NCBI GenBank assembly: GCA_021818955.1 | Contig: JAKASR010000004.1 | Coordinates: forward strand, 100,365 to 164,364 | From: Acidobacteriota bacterium | Lineage (GTDB): Bacteria; Acidobacteriota; Terriglobia; Terriglobales; SCQP01 | Direction: 5' to 3' | DNA: 64,000 nt | Part shown: one piece after another, positions 35,448 through 45,366 of the stretch | Numbering within the stretch: position 1 is the first letter of the stretch | Layout: every line of letters starts with the position of its first letter | Notes under the pieces: model-generated | Databases searched by the model: none | Seen by the model: the letters and a program-made list of their open reading frames with translations, nothing else | What the model was told of the DNA's origin: nothing | Program-made: the position numbers and the translations under genes

Positions 35448-37106
35448 TTACGGCCCCAGCAACGGCGAAACCCGCAGCCGAAGCGAGGAAAACAGCGTCC
35501 AATCAGCCCGGCGGTAGCGCACCGCCGCCTCCTGCCAGGCGATTTCGGCCTGCAAGAGGGCGCTTTCGGCGTCGCTCAACTGCGATTGTTGCTGTAAATA
35601 TTCAAATAACGTGGTGGTGCCGAGAATATATTTCTTGTGCGCCGCGTCCACATTCTTTTGCGCCAGGTCGCGGGCCAGGCGTGCTTCCTTAATTTCGGAG
35701 CCGGCCATGCGCAGCTCGATATCGGCCAGCCGGACTTGTTGCGCCACCGATTGTTGCTGGTCGCGCATGACCGCGCGATCGCGGCTGCGGGCGATGAGCG
35801 CGTTAGCCAGCGAGGCGGCGGCGGCGCTATTGCGGAGCGGCAGCGTGAGCTGCAATGAAAATCCATATGTGGGGGTCTGAAACCGGAACATTTGTCCCAG
35901 GGCATTGCTCAGGCCGCCGGGTTGAATCATTGCGCCGGCGGTGCTAAGGGCATCGCCACCCAGGCCATTGGAGCCGTATAACCCGGTTAGGTCCAACTCC
36001 GGCTGCAGGTTGTTGCGGTCGGCGGTTTCGCCCAGAGCATCCATCAGCAGTTGGCGGCGGGCGGCGCGCAGTGCGGGACGATGGCGCAAAGCGCGGTCCA
36101 GGGCCGTATCCAGCGGCTGGCGGGGCGAATCTCCCGGCTGGGGTTTGGGCTGGTCTTCCAACGTAATCGGCAAATTGCGCAACTTCGGAATCAAATCGGC
36201 GCCGATCAGCCGGCGCAGGCTATCGAGCGCTTCGCGGTAACTGGCCTGCGCTTCGAGCAACGCCAGGCGGGTGCGCGCCACCTGCGCCTCCGACTGGTAG
36301 ATATCCATCGGCGGCAACGCGCCCAGCTTCAGCGAGCGCTGGTCGTGTTGGTACGAACGCTGGGCCAGCTTGAGCGCCGCCTGCTGTACTTGAATCGCCT
36401 GGCGCGCGCCCGCCGCGATCCAGTACGACTGGGCGGCGGAAACCAGCAGATCGGCAATTTGTTCCTGGCTCTGCTCGCTCGCAATCAAGACTTCGCCGTG
36501 GGCTTGGAGCAGGGGAATTTTGTAGAGCAGGTTGCCGCGATTGCGCAGCAGCGGTTCGGTCAGTGAGAGCGACAGCCCGGTCGAGATGGAGGGATTGAAG
36601 AGATTGTAGAGGCTGTTAGCGGAATAACGGTTGCCGTTGAAGCCGGCGCTGAACGTCTGCCCGGAAGGAAGCCTCTCGCTAAAATTGATGCTGGAATTCT
36701 GCGACAGGCTGTCGAGCGTGTTCGCTCCTCCCAACTGCGAGTATTGCGGCGCGAGTTGGCGTGTGCTGCCGAAATCGAAGGCCAATTGCGGATCGTAGGG
36801 CGCGCGGGCGGCAAGCGCCTGGGTGGCCGTCTGGCTGACGTTAAGCCGGGCCAATTGCACCTGCGGATCGTTGCGCAACACCAGGAGCAGAAATTGCCGC
36901 AGGCTGAGCTGTAATCCGTGCGGGCCAACGTGCGCCCGCAGGCCGGCCACCGGCCTGAGCCGCAGCGGCGGCAGTTGAAAATGCCGCCCCAGATAACTGG
37001 GCAGCCGCTGCCCCCATGCCGCCAGGCTTAAGCCGAGCGTCAATCCGAGCGCCAGCCGGCCGCGGCGTGCTCCGGGGCTATTGATCTGCCTTTCTTTGTG
37101 GCTCAC
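35448..37106 (-). CDS. TolC-family outer membrane efflux protein
   Basis: Signal peptide. Two OEP-type repeats with long coiled helices (e.g. YDPQLAFDF, LLEAQASYREALDSLRRL, LQAEIAWQEAAVRYRRA). Last gene of the efflux operon. Confidence 0.85.
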   Translation of the reverse strand: MSHKERQINSPGARRGRLALGLTLGLSLAAWGQRLPSYLGRHFQLPPLRLRPVAGLRAHVGPHGLQLSLRQFLLLVLRNDPQVQLARLNVSQTATQALAARAPYDPQLAFDFGSTRQLAPQYSQLGGANTLDSLSQNSSINFSERLPSGQTFSAGFNGNRYSANSLYNLFNPSISTGLSLSLTEPLLRNRGNLLYKIPLLQAHGEVLIASEQSQEQIADLLVSAAQSYWIAAGARQAIQVQQAALKLAQRSYQHDQRSLKLGALPPMDIYQSEAQVARTRLALLEAQASYREALDSLRRLIGADLIPKLRNLPITLEDQPKPQPGDSPRQPLDTALDRALRHRPALRAARRQLLMDALGETADRNNLQPELDLTGLYGSNGLGGDALSTAGAMIQPGGLSNALGQMFRFQTPTYGFSLQLTLPLRNSAAAASLANALIARSRDRAVMRDQQQSVAQQVRLADIELRMAGSEIKEARLARDLAQKNVDAAHKKYILGTTTLFEYLQQQSQLSDAESALLQAEIAWQEAAVRYRRADWTLFSSLRLRVSPLLGP

Positions 37107-37157
37107 CTTGTTCCTCGTCTTTTGCTTCTGCCGTCTTGCCTGGTTTGATCTGCTCTC

Positions 37158-38399
37158 TCACTCATAGCGCAGCGCCTCGATCGGATCGATGCGCGCCGCC
37201 TGGCGCGCGGGATACAAACCGAAGATCACGCCCACCGCCGCGGAAACGCCGAAGGCGACCAGGATCGAAGGCAGAGATACGATCGTCTGCCAACCCGCCG
37301 ACCAGGCAATCAGGCGCGAAAGCAGCAGTCCGAAAAGCACGCCCATGAGCCCGCCGGAAAAAGATATGAGCAGCGACTCCACCAGAAACTGGCGCATAAT
37401 GTCGCCCCGGCGCGCGCCGATAGCCCGCCGCACTCCGATTTCGCGGGTGCGTTCCATCACGGTGGCAAGCACGATATTCATAATCCCGATGCCGCCGACC
37501 AGCAGGGAGATTGCGGCAATGGCGACCATCACCAGGGTAAAAATCCGTTGTGTGCGCTCTTGCGCCGCCAGCAGCGCGGCGGGAGCGACCACATGATAAT
37601 CATGCGTCCCATGATGGCTGGCGGAAAGGATAGCCTGGGCGACCGCCGCGGCGCGGAGCACGTTGGCGGCAGGCGCCAAGGCGATATCGACTCCATCAAG
37701 CGGATCTTTAAAGCTGAAATCGGCGTCCCAAATGCGGTGCTCAAAAGCGGTAAAGGGAATATAGATCGCGTGGCCGCCGCCGGCGCTGTTAGCGCCCGAG
37801 CCCAGCACGCCGATGACGCGGAACCAGACGTCATTGATCTTGACCCAGCGGCCCAGGGCGTTGCGATAGCCCAGTAGCCGCACCTTGATCGCCTGGCCGA
37901 GCACGCACACGGCGGTGCCGGCCGCTTCGTCGGTGGCGTCGAAAAAGCGCCCCTGGTCCACGTTCAAGTCGTGAATGCGGGCATAGACGGGATACACGCC
38001 ATAGACTTCCGGCCAAGCGCCTTGCGGGCGGGGCAGCAGCGATACCGGCCGCATCTCGCGCCGTGGCGTAATCCAGCGCACTCCCGGAACGTTGGCACCC
38101 AGCAGCCGCAAGTCACTCTGGTTCAGCCCGTGCGAGGTCTGGCGTCGCTGTTGCAATTGTTGCTGGCTGGTGGCGGGAATGGAGTCGATCAGCAGATTGC
38201 GGACTCCGAGTTTCTCAATCAGGCGCAGCGATTGCGCCCGCGCGCCGGCGCCGATCGAGAGCATCGCGATGACCGCGCCCACGCCGAAGATGATGCCCAG
38301 CGCGGTCAAAATCGTGCGCACCTTTTGTGCGCGCAAATTCTGCCACGCCAGGCCCAGGTCGGCGATGATCCGCTTCCAGTCCCGCCAGGCTGCGGGCAT
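37158..38399 (-). CDS. MacB/FtsX-type ABC transporter permease with no ATPase domain
   Basis: Start moved to ATG 38399 (MPAAWRDWKRIIADLGLAWQNLRAQKVRTILTALGIIFGVGAVIAMLSIG). A periplasmic domain of about 230 aa is followed by the FtsX 3-TM domain ending GLYPARQAARIDPIEALRYE. The 115-codon upstream extension in the track overlaps the preceding gene. Confidence 0.85.
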   Translation of the reverse strand: MPAAWRDWKRIIADLGLAWQNLRAQKVRTILTALGIIFGVGAVIAMLSIGAGARAQSLRLIEKLGVRNLLIDSIPATSQQQLQQRRQTSHGLNQSDLRLLGANVPGVRWITPRREMRPVSLLPRPQGAWPEVYGVYPVYARIHDLNVDQGRFFDATDEAAGTAVCVLGQAIKVRLLGYRNALGRWVKINDVWFRVIGVLGSGANSAGGGHAIYIPFTAFEHRIWDADFSFKDPLDGVDIALAPAANVLRAAAVAQAILSASHHGTHDYHVVAPAALLAAQERTQRIFTLVMVAIAAISLLVGGIGIMNIVLATVMERTREIGVRRAIGARRGDIMRQFLVESLLISFSGGLMGVLFGLLLSRLIAWSAGWQTIVSLPSILVAFGVSAAVGVIFGLYPARQAARIDPIEALRYE

Positions 38400-38449
38400 G
38401 GCTTCCGGCCGCCGCGAGGCCGGGCCAGGGTGCTGGAGCGTCCCCGGAC

Positions 38450-39757
38450 TCACGATTTTTCCTCTTTGCCGTTCACGGCCGTCTGCGGGTTGATCAAGGC
38501 GATCGTGTCGCCGGCTTTCACTCCCGCCAGCGCTACTCGCGACTCGCTGCGCAGCAGCACTTTCACCGGCTGGCGCACGAAACGGCCCTGGCGGCGCACA
38601 TAGACGTATGCGGCGCCGCTGGCGCCGAAGACCGCTTCCGTCGGCGCCCAGAGCGCGTGCGGCAGATTCTTTACGGTAATGCGCGCCTCGGCGCTCATGC
38701 CGGGGCGCAGCCCGGAAACTTTGTTTAACAGCGCTAGAGTGCAATGAAAACGGCGGTTCCAGGGCCGCCCGGTGACGCCGCCGACGTTGATCACGCGGGC
38801 GGCGATGCTGCGTCCGGGCAACGCGATTACGCTGATCACCGCCTGCTCGCCGGCCGCCAGGTAGGCGCGATTGGCCTCCCCCATGGTGGCGTTCAGGCGG
38901 AGCTGGGAAAGATCGGGAATCTCCGCCACCAGGTTGCCGGGATAGACCTGGTCGCCCAGGTGGTAGCGTGGAAAGGTCATGCCCGGGTAATAAAAATACT
39001 GGTTGTGCGGGTTCGGCTGAATCGAAAAATAGCCGGCGCGATGGGCGCGCAATTCCATGGCGCCGATATTGTGGCGCGCCAGGTCCACTTTTAATTGCGC
39101 TTCATGCTCGGCGGCTTCCTGGATGCGAATCTGCGCCAGCCCGCTTTGCCGCTCGCCGGCCAAATTGCTTTTCAGCTGGCGCAACTGCGCTTGCGCCGCG
39201 CTCAGCTTCAGCAGGTTGGCGCGGGCATCCAGCGCGGCCAGAATGGGATTGCGGCGCACCTCGAGCTCGGCCAATCGCACCTGATCGCGGGCGTCGAGTA
39301 GCGCATAGCTGTCTTCCTCCGCCTGCGCCAGCATGGCGTCGCGAGCGGAGGCGATATTGGCCTGCGCCTGCGCCACATCGTTTTCCGCTTGCAGCAATTG
39401 GTATTGTTGCTGGGCGGCGCTAAACCGCGCCACCACTTCGCCCGGTTGCACCCGCGTGCCATCCGGCAATAAATAGCTGAGATACAATTGCCCGCCGCCA
39501 ATGCCTGGCGCGGCCAATAGATCGGGATTCTGGCCGCCCAGCGTGCCATGCGCGTATAGCACCACTCGCACAGCGCCGTAACCGATGCGAAAGACCGGCA
39601 GTGAAACCTTGGCCGCAGGCTGCAAGCGCCGCCAGACCCCTACGCTCAGCGCCGCCGCCGCGAGCAGCCCGGCCACCCCCCATAACCATCTCCGCCGCAA
39701 GGGAGAAGCGTGCCGCGGCGCCACCGGCGCTAGCGCGGGCTGGGGCTGCGCGCTCAT
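38450..39757 (-). CDS. HlyD-family periplasmic adaptor (membrane fusion protein), paralog 3
   Basis: N-terminal TM, a barrel-sandwich/lipoyl-like segment (GEVVARF), a long coiled-coil hairpin and a beta-barrel C-terminus. ATGA overlap with the upstream paralog. Confidence 0.8.
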   Translation of the reverse strand: MSAQPQPALAPVAPRHASPLRRRWLWGVAGLLAAAALSVGVWRRLQPAAKVSLPVFRIGYGAVRVVLYAHGTLGGQNPDLLAAPGIGGGQLYLSYLLPDGTRVQPGEVVARFSAAQQQYQLLQAENDVAQAQANIASARDAMLAQAEEDSYALLDARDQVRLAELEVRRNPILAALDARANLLKLSAAQAQLRQLKSNLAGERQSGLAQIRIQEAAEHEAQLKVDLARHNIGAMELRAHRAGYFSIQPNPHNQYFYYPGMTFPRYHLGDQVYPGNLVAEIPDLSQLRLNATMGEANRAYLAAGEQAVISVIALPGRSIAARVINVGGVTGRPWNRRFHCTLALLNKVSGLRPGMSAEARITVKNLPHALWAPTEAVFGASGAAYVYVRRQGRFVRQPVKVLLRSESRVALAGVKAGDTIALINPQTAVNGKEEKS

Positions 39758-41061
39758 AGCCGCGCTCCGCCCGAAATTTGGGCTCCGGGCGTTGGCGCCG
39801 CGCCCTTCTCGTGGTCCGGGGTTTTCGCGCCCGGACGTTTCAGCGCCACGGTTTGCCCGGCCGTCAATCCTTCAATGGCAATTTCATTGGGATTGCGCCC
39901 GACCACCCGGATCGGGTGCGGACGAAAACCGTTTCCCTGGCGTAGATACACCACCGTCTTCCCATCCACGATAAACAGCGCCTGGGCGGGAAGTATCAAG
40001 GCGTGCGGCAGCCGGCGGGTGATGATTTCCAGATCGCCGTTCATCTGGGGACGCAGCCGTGGATCGGGATGCTCAAGCGTGGCGTAAGCCAGAAAATAGC
40101 GCGGTGGCGGCCAGCCCTGGCCGAAGACCACTTGCGTCAACGGCGAAATGGCGTACAGCCGGCCATCGAATTGGCGGTCGGGCAGCGCATTGACATGCAT
40201 CTGCACCGTTTGGCCGACCTGCAATTGCCCGCGCTCGGCTTGCATCAGGTTGCCGCGCATCACCAACGTCGAAAGCACGGGAATTTCCGCAATGATCGCC
40301 CCGGAAAACACCTGATCGCCCACCTGGTAGGTGTGCGGGTTGGTAAATGAGGCGCGATTGTTGCTCATGTAAGTGATGATTCCGGAAACCGGAGCGCGCA
40401 GCACGGTTTGGGCATAGATCGCCTGCCGGCGCTGCAACTTGGCTTCCGCCAGCATCCGCGCCTCCCGGTGCCGGGTAATGCTCGCCGCGGCCGATTGCTG
40501 GTGCTGGCGAATGGTGGCCTCTTCGACTTTCAGCGCGGCTTGGGCGGTGTGCAGCGCCAGCCGGGCTTCGGCGCCGTCAATGAAGCTGAGAATGGCTTGG
40601 CGGGCAGCTTCGAGGCGCGCCTCCTGCACCGCGACCTGGGCCTGGGCCAGCGCCAGCCGGTCCTGATCCGCCTGCAGCTTGGCATTGGCGTGGCTCTGCC
40701 GCAACTGGGCGGTGGCGCTATGCACTTCGGCCTGCTGCTCGCGCATCTGCTCCTGCAGTTCCGAGCTGTCGAAACGGATCACCACCTGGCCGGTGCGCAC
40801 CGGCTTGCCCGCCGGCGCCAGCCACAGAATGTGCAGGTCCTGGGCGTTGCGGGGCGCGCGCAGGTACGCCGCCTTTTTCACCCACAGCTTGCCTTCGCAG
40901 CGCACGTATTCCAGCAGTTCGCCCCGCCGCACCACCGCGGTGGGCAGCGCCGCGCCGTTCCGGTCGCCATAGCGCCGCCAACCCCACCATCCGCCGCCCC
41001 CGAGCGCCGCCGCGAGCACGGGAATGGCGGCCCGTTTCCAGGCTGTCCCCTGGACTTTCAT
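39754..41061 (-). CDS. HlyD-family periplasmic adaptor (membrane fusion protein), paralog 2
   Basis: Same architecture and the same length (435 aa) as paralog 3: TM anchor, GQVVIRFD, coiled coil, APVSGIITYM, beta-barrel. Confidence 0.8.
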   Translation of the reverse strand: MKVQGTAWKRAAIPVLAAALGGGGWWGWRRYGDRNGAALPTAVVRRGELLEYVRCEGKLWVKKAAYLRAPRNAQDLHILWLAPAGKPVRTGQVVIRFDSSELQEQMREQQAEVHSATAQLRQSHANAKLQADQDRLALAQAQVAVQEARLEAARQAILSFIDGAEARLALHTAQAALKVEEATIRQHQQSAAASITRHREARMLAEAKLQRRQAIYAQTVLRAPVSGIITYMSNNRASFTNPHTYQVGDQVFSGAIIAEIPVLSTLVMRGNLMQAERGQLQVGQTVQMHVNALPDRQFDGRLYAISPLTQVVFGQGWPPPRYFLAYATLEHPDPRLRPQMNGDLEIITRRLPHALILPAQALFIVDGKTVVYLRQGNGFRPHPIRVVGRNPNEIAIEGLTAGQTVALKRPGAKTPDHEKGAAPTPGAQISGGARL

Positions 41062-41089
41062 GCTTCGCCTCGCCTGCCGCGCCCGAAAT

Positions 41090-42316
41090 TCATTGCCCGC
41101 CTTCCGGCGCTAACACCGGGGTAGCGTCATTGACTCCCCTGAGCAGCACGCCGTGATGGTCGAAGCCGGCCACTTGCACCGGCAGGCGTTGCGCCTGCCC
41201 CTGGCGCCAGATGCGTATATACGCCGCGCCATTCGTTGCGTAGTACACCGTATCGCGCGGCGCCAGCCATCCCGATCTCGGCGGCAGATGCAGGGTAATT
41301 TCGCAGTTCAGATCGGGCAGCAGCCGCGGGTCGCGGCTCAGCAATTTGAAATTGGCGCTAAAATTGCGGATCGGGTTATCCGCCGAGCCCGTGGCCACCG
41401 GGCTGAAACTCAGCAACTGCGCGGGAAAATGCACCCCCGGATAGGCGTCCAGTTGGACGATTCCCGGCGTACCCTCCGGCAGTGCGGAATAATCCGCTTC
41501 GCTTATTAGCACCCGCACCCGCATGCTGTCGCGATTGAAAACTTCGAGCAGCTTCATGCCGTGCCAGACCTGGGTCCCCGGCGCCAGGTTTCCAATCCAC
41601 GGTGGCGCGGTATAAGCCAGCATCCCGTCCATGGGCGAGCGCACCACCAATTTACGGCTGTCCGATTCCGCCCGCTGCCAATCCAGCTTCTGGCGGTCGC
41701 GCTGCAACTCCAGCACGCGCAGGCTGGCTTCGGCCTTGGCGGTTTCCAACGGATTGGAACGCTTCAAACTGGCTACGTGGGCGCGGGCGTCGGCCCACTC
41801 GACCTGATCTTCTTCCACCTGGATTTGGCTCAGTATCGGCGCCTTGCGCAACTCCAGCGCCGCCCTCGCCTCGTCCGCCTCCGCCTGCTCCAACTGCTGC
41901 GCCCGCACCGCCGCATCGGCATCGTTTTGCGCCCGCTGCTTGCGTACTTGCGCCGCCAGGTCCATGTATTGGGCATAGGCGCCGCGCGCCCTCACTTCCA
42001 GATCGGTTTGATCGAAGGCGACCAGTAAATCGCCTTTTTTGACGCGTGCGCCGTTGGGGGCCAATTGCGTGATGGTGAGTTGGGGAGAAAATTGCGCCAG
42101 CGCCGGCGCCAGAATGGGCGTTTCCCGCGTCGGCACGATCACCCCGCTGGCGCGGATCACGCGCCGCACCGTTCCCCGGCGAAGATGGATGATCCTTCCC
42201 GGTGCGGTGCGGGCTGAAACCTTGCTGGAAAAGCGCCGGCAGCCGGATATGACCAGGCTTGACGCCAACCCCAACAGGCCTAAAATTAAACCTCGACTGT
42301 ACAGCTTAGAATTCAA
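41090..42316 (-). CDS. HlyD-family periplasmic adaptor, lipoprotein-type, paralog 1
   Basis: Lipobox LVISG|C. GDLLVAFDQ, coiled coil, RSPMDGMLAY, beta-barrel. First gene of the operon. Confidence 0.8.
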   Translation of the reverse strand: MNSKLYSRGLILGLLGLASSLVISGCRRFSSKVSARTAPGRIIHLRRGTVRRVIRASGVIVPTRETPILAPALAQFSPQLTITQLAPNGARVKKGDLLVAFDQTDLEVRARGAYAQYMDLAAQVRKQRAQNDADAAVRAQQLEQAEADEARAALELRKAPILSQIQVEEDQVEWADARAHVASLKRSNPLETAKAEASLRVLELQRDRQKLDWQRAESDSRKLVVRSPMDGMLAYTAPPWIGNLAPGTQVWHGMKLLEVFNRDSMRVRVLISEADYSALPEGTPGIVQLDAYPGVHFPAQLLSFSPVATGSADNPIRNFSANFKLLSRDPRLLPDLNCEITLHLPPRSGWLAPRDTVYYATNGAAYIRIWRQGQAQRLPVQVAGFDHHGVLLRGVNDATPVLAPEGGQ

Positions 42317-42589
42317 TCGCTATATCCCCCGGGGTCGCCCGGTTCAATTACAATGCCGCATTTGGCATGCATTTGGCAATGACTCCCATTAAGTGGTTAT
42401 GTGTTTTACGCTCGGAATCATTCTTCAGTTACTTTAATTTACCGTCATGAAATTGTATCCGGCAGTCTTGGCGCCGGCTTGGGCTCCATGCCGGATTTCC
42501 GGCGCCTGACTCCTGCCACAACCCGGCGCCTGGAAGGGTGGATCACTCCTGGTCTAAAATGCTCTGATGGCTTTCAGGGGAGCTGGCGC

Positions 42590-45205
42590 ATGGAGCGGTT
42601 CTTTTGGCAAAAATTAAATTTTAGGGCGCCGGGCTTCGGTTTACTGCTGGGAGCCTTCCTGCTGCCGCTGGCGGCGCAACGCCCCGCGCCGTCCCATGCC
42701 CATCCGATTTTCGGCAACCCCCATCGCTGGCAATGGGCCCCGGATAAGACGTTTCACGTTTTGAACTACCGATTACGCTTGCATTTTAATGAGCCTAAAA
42801 GCGAGATCTTCGGCGAGGAAACCATCAGCCTCACCCCCTACCGAAGCCATTGCCAGCATGTGACGCTCGATAGCACCGGATTGACCATAGACCGCGTCAC
42901 GCTGGCCGGCCACGCGGCTCGCGCGCTGGTTTTTACCGCTCACGATCCCCATCTGACCATCACCCTTCCGGGTTCCTATCCGGCCGGCAGCTTCATTAAA
43001 CTGCGCATTGTCTACCACGGCTTTCCCAAGACCGGTTTATTTTTCATCAATCCCGATCGTTTCTATCCCCGGCGTCCCCAGGAAATCTGGTCGCAAGGCG
43101 AACCGGAAGACAACCAGTACTGGTTCCCCTGCTGGGATTACCCGAACGACAAAGCCACCAGCGAAATCGTAACCACCGTGCCCGCGGGGCAATCGGTGGT
43201 CTCCAATGGCCGCCTGGTCAGCGTCCGGCGGCGCGGCAATCAGGTCACTTACGACTGGGTCGAGCGAGTGCCGCACAGCTCTTATCTCATTTCCATCGCG
43301 GTTGGCCCCTGGGTGCGAATTACCCAGCACCTGGGCCGTTTGCCGGTCGAATACTACGTGCCCAACTACATTAGCCGCGCCCGCGCCCTGCGCTCATTCG
43401 GGCTCACGCCGCAAATGATCGCCTGGTACGAACAGGAAACCGGCGTCGCTTATCCCTATGAGAAGTACGCTCAAACCACGGTGCACAACTTCACCGAAGG
43501 CGGCATGGAAAACATCAGCGCCACCACTCAAACCGAATGGACGCTGCATGACGCTCGCGCCGAATTGGATTTTAAGAGCCAGGGCCTGGTCTCGCACGAG
43601 CTGGCGCATCAATGGTTTGGCGATCTGGTGACCACGCGGGATTGGGCCAATATCTGGTTAAATGAAGGCTTTGCCACCTTCATGTCCGCCACCTGGACCG
43701 AGCATCACGACGGGGAAGACGCCTATCGCTACCAGATTTACCAGGACCAGAGCGGCGCGCGCATGGAAGATCAGGACCGGTATCGCCGTCCGGTAGTGGA
43801 CTATCACTATCGCTACCCCATGCAAATGTTTGACGCCACCACCTATTCCAAGGGAGCGGCGGTACTGGCGATGCTGCGCGACGTGCTCGGCAACCGGCTG
43901 TTTTGGAAATCGCTGCACAACTATTTGCAGGCTCATCGCGCCGCCAATGTGGGAACGAGCGATTTGATGGAAGCCATCCGCGAAACCAGCGGGCGATCGC
44001 TGGATTGGTTCTTCCATGAATGGATTTTTCGCGGCGGCTATCCCGAGTACGCGGTACAGGCGCATTACAATCCCGCCAACCATATGGAAAGCGTCGCCGT
44101 CCGGCAGACGCAGCCGGTGAATGGAGTTACCCCTCTTTTCCGCATGCCGGTCGAGCTGGCGTTTTATGGCGCGCCCGGCCAGTCGCGTCATCTGACGATC
44201 CAGGTAGCGCAGCGCAACCAGACCTTTTTCGTGCCGCTGTCGTTCGATCCCAAAATCGTGGATTTCGATCCCAACGATCGGGTGTTGAAGCGCCTGAGAT
44301 ACTCGCCGCCACTGGAACAATTGCTGGCGCAGGTGCGCAGCGACCCGGCCATGATGAGCCGGTTGTGGGCTGCGCGGCAACTGGGACGCCGTGAAGCCGG
44401 ACAGCCGGGAACCGCGGGCAATGCGGTGGCGGCATTGCGCCAGGCGCTGCGCGCGGATCCTTTCTGGGCGGTGCGCGCCGAGGCCGCCACCGCGCTGGCG
44501 GCCATTGGCGGAAAGGCGGCCAAAGCCGCGCTTATGGCCGGCTTGCACGATCGCAATAGCAGCGTTCGCGCCGGAGTGGCTGATGCCCTGGGCCGCTTCG
44601 CCGGCTCCGATCCGGATGTTTTTCAGGCGCTCGTCACCCGTCTGCGGCAAGACCCCAGTTACGCGGTTGAGGCTCAGGCTGCTAGCAGCCTGGGGGCGAC
44701 TCGTTCTCCCCAGGCCATAACGGTCCTGCTCTCCGTCGCCCAAAGCCCGGCTTCGATCTATGTGCAACAGGGAGTTTTGGCAGCGCTTGCCGCCACCGGC
44801 AACCCCGCCGTTGCGCCGCTGCTGCTGGCCGACGCCCGCCCCGGCATACCGGAACGGCTGCGCCTGACTGCGCTTGGATTGCTGCCGCGTCTCAAGGCCG
44901 TGCTGAAACCGGAACAAACTCAGCCGGTGATCGAAGCCGCGCTGGATTCCAGCTTTCCTTTCCTGCAGGGTGTGGCCATGCAGGATGCCGCCGACCTGGG
45001 CCTGACCGCGCTCAAGCCGCGCATCCAAAATCTCGCCACCAGCCTGCCGCAGGCGGCTCAGCGCAGCCAGGCGCGGCACGCGCTCGAGCGCTTCGCGCCG
45101 AAAAAGCCCGCCCCCGCGCATCCGCCTCTCAGCCAGTTGCAGCGGCTCGAACAACGCGTGCGCGAACTGGAAAAACAAGTCCGCGCGCTGCAAAAAAAAC
45201 CTTGA
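42590..45205 (+). CDS. M1-family aminopeptidase N-like zinc metallopeptidase with C-terminal HEAT repeats, secreted
   Basis: Start moved to ATG 42590 (signal FGLLLGAFLLPLAAQ). EGGMEN exopeptidase motif. HELAHQWFGDLVT-x-WLNEGFATF (HExxH+E). C-terminal HEAT-like repeats (DPFWAVRAEAATALAAIG, DRNSSVRAGVADALGRF). Confidence 0.88.
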   Translation: MERFFWQKLNFRAPGFGLLLGAFLLPLAAQRPAPSHAHPIFGNPHRWQWAPDKTFHVLNYRLRLHFNEPKSEIFGEETISLTPYRSHCQHVTLDSTGLTIDRVTLAGHAARALVFTAHDPHLTITLPGSYPAGSFIKLRIVYHGFPKTGLFFINPDRFYPRRPQEIWSQGEPEDNQYWFPCWDYPNDKATSEIVTTVPAGQSVVSNGRLVSVRRRGNQVTYDWVERVPHSSYLISIAVGPWVRITQHLGRLPVEYYVPNYISRARALRSFGLTPQMIAWYEQETGVAYPYEKYAQTTVHNFTEGGMENISATTQTEWTLHDARAELDFKSQGLVSHELAHQWFGDLVTTRDWANIWLNEGFATFMSATWTEHHDGEDAYRYQIYQDQSGARMEDQDRYRRPVVDYHYRYPMQMFDATTYSKGAAVLAMLRDVLGNRLFWKSLHNYLQAHRAANVGTSDLMEAIRETSGRSLDWFFHEWIFRGGYPEYAVQAHYNPANHMESVAVRQTQPVNGVTPLFRMPVELAFYGAPGQSRHLTIQVAQRNQTFFVPLSFDPKIVDFDPNDRVLKRLRYSPPLEQLLAQVRSDPAMMSRLWAARQLGRREAGQPGTAGNAVAALRQALRADPFWAVRAEAATALAAIGGKAAKAALMAGLHDRNSSVRAGVADALGRFAGSDPDVFQALVTRLRQDPSYAVEAQAASSLGATRSPQAITVLLSVAQSPASIYVQQGVLAALAATGNPAVAPLLLADARPGIPERLRLTALGLLPRLKAVLKPEQTQPVIEAALDSSFPFLQGVAMQDAADLGLTALKPRIQNLATSLPQAAQRSQARHALERFAPKKPAPAHPPLSQLQRLEQRVRELEKQVRALQKKP

Positions 45206-45366
45206 ACCTGTCCGTTGGCGCCCGGCAACTTGGTTGTATCCGCTCTAGGCGGAGGACGCGCATCATGAAAAGCCGCCAATCCTAAATTTTTACCCCGGCA
45301 ACCGATAACTGCCGCCGGCGCCGCCTGGCCCGTAATCGCGCCCGCGCTGAACCTGAGATGGCCGGC

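Noticed and set aside
43658-45193. 511-aa minus-strand ORF, the longest unexplained ORF in the track
   Set aside because: It lies entirely antisense to the well-supported M1 aminopeptidase gene. Its product is Arg/Gly/Gln/Leu-rich with no recognisable motif, which is the typical shadow frame of a GC-rich gene.
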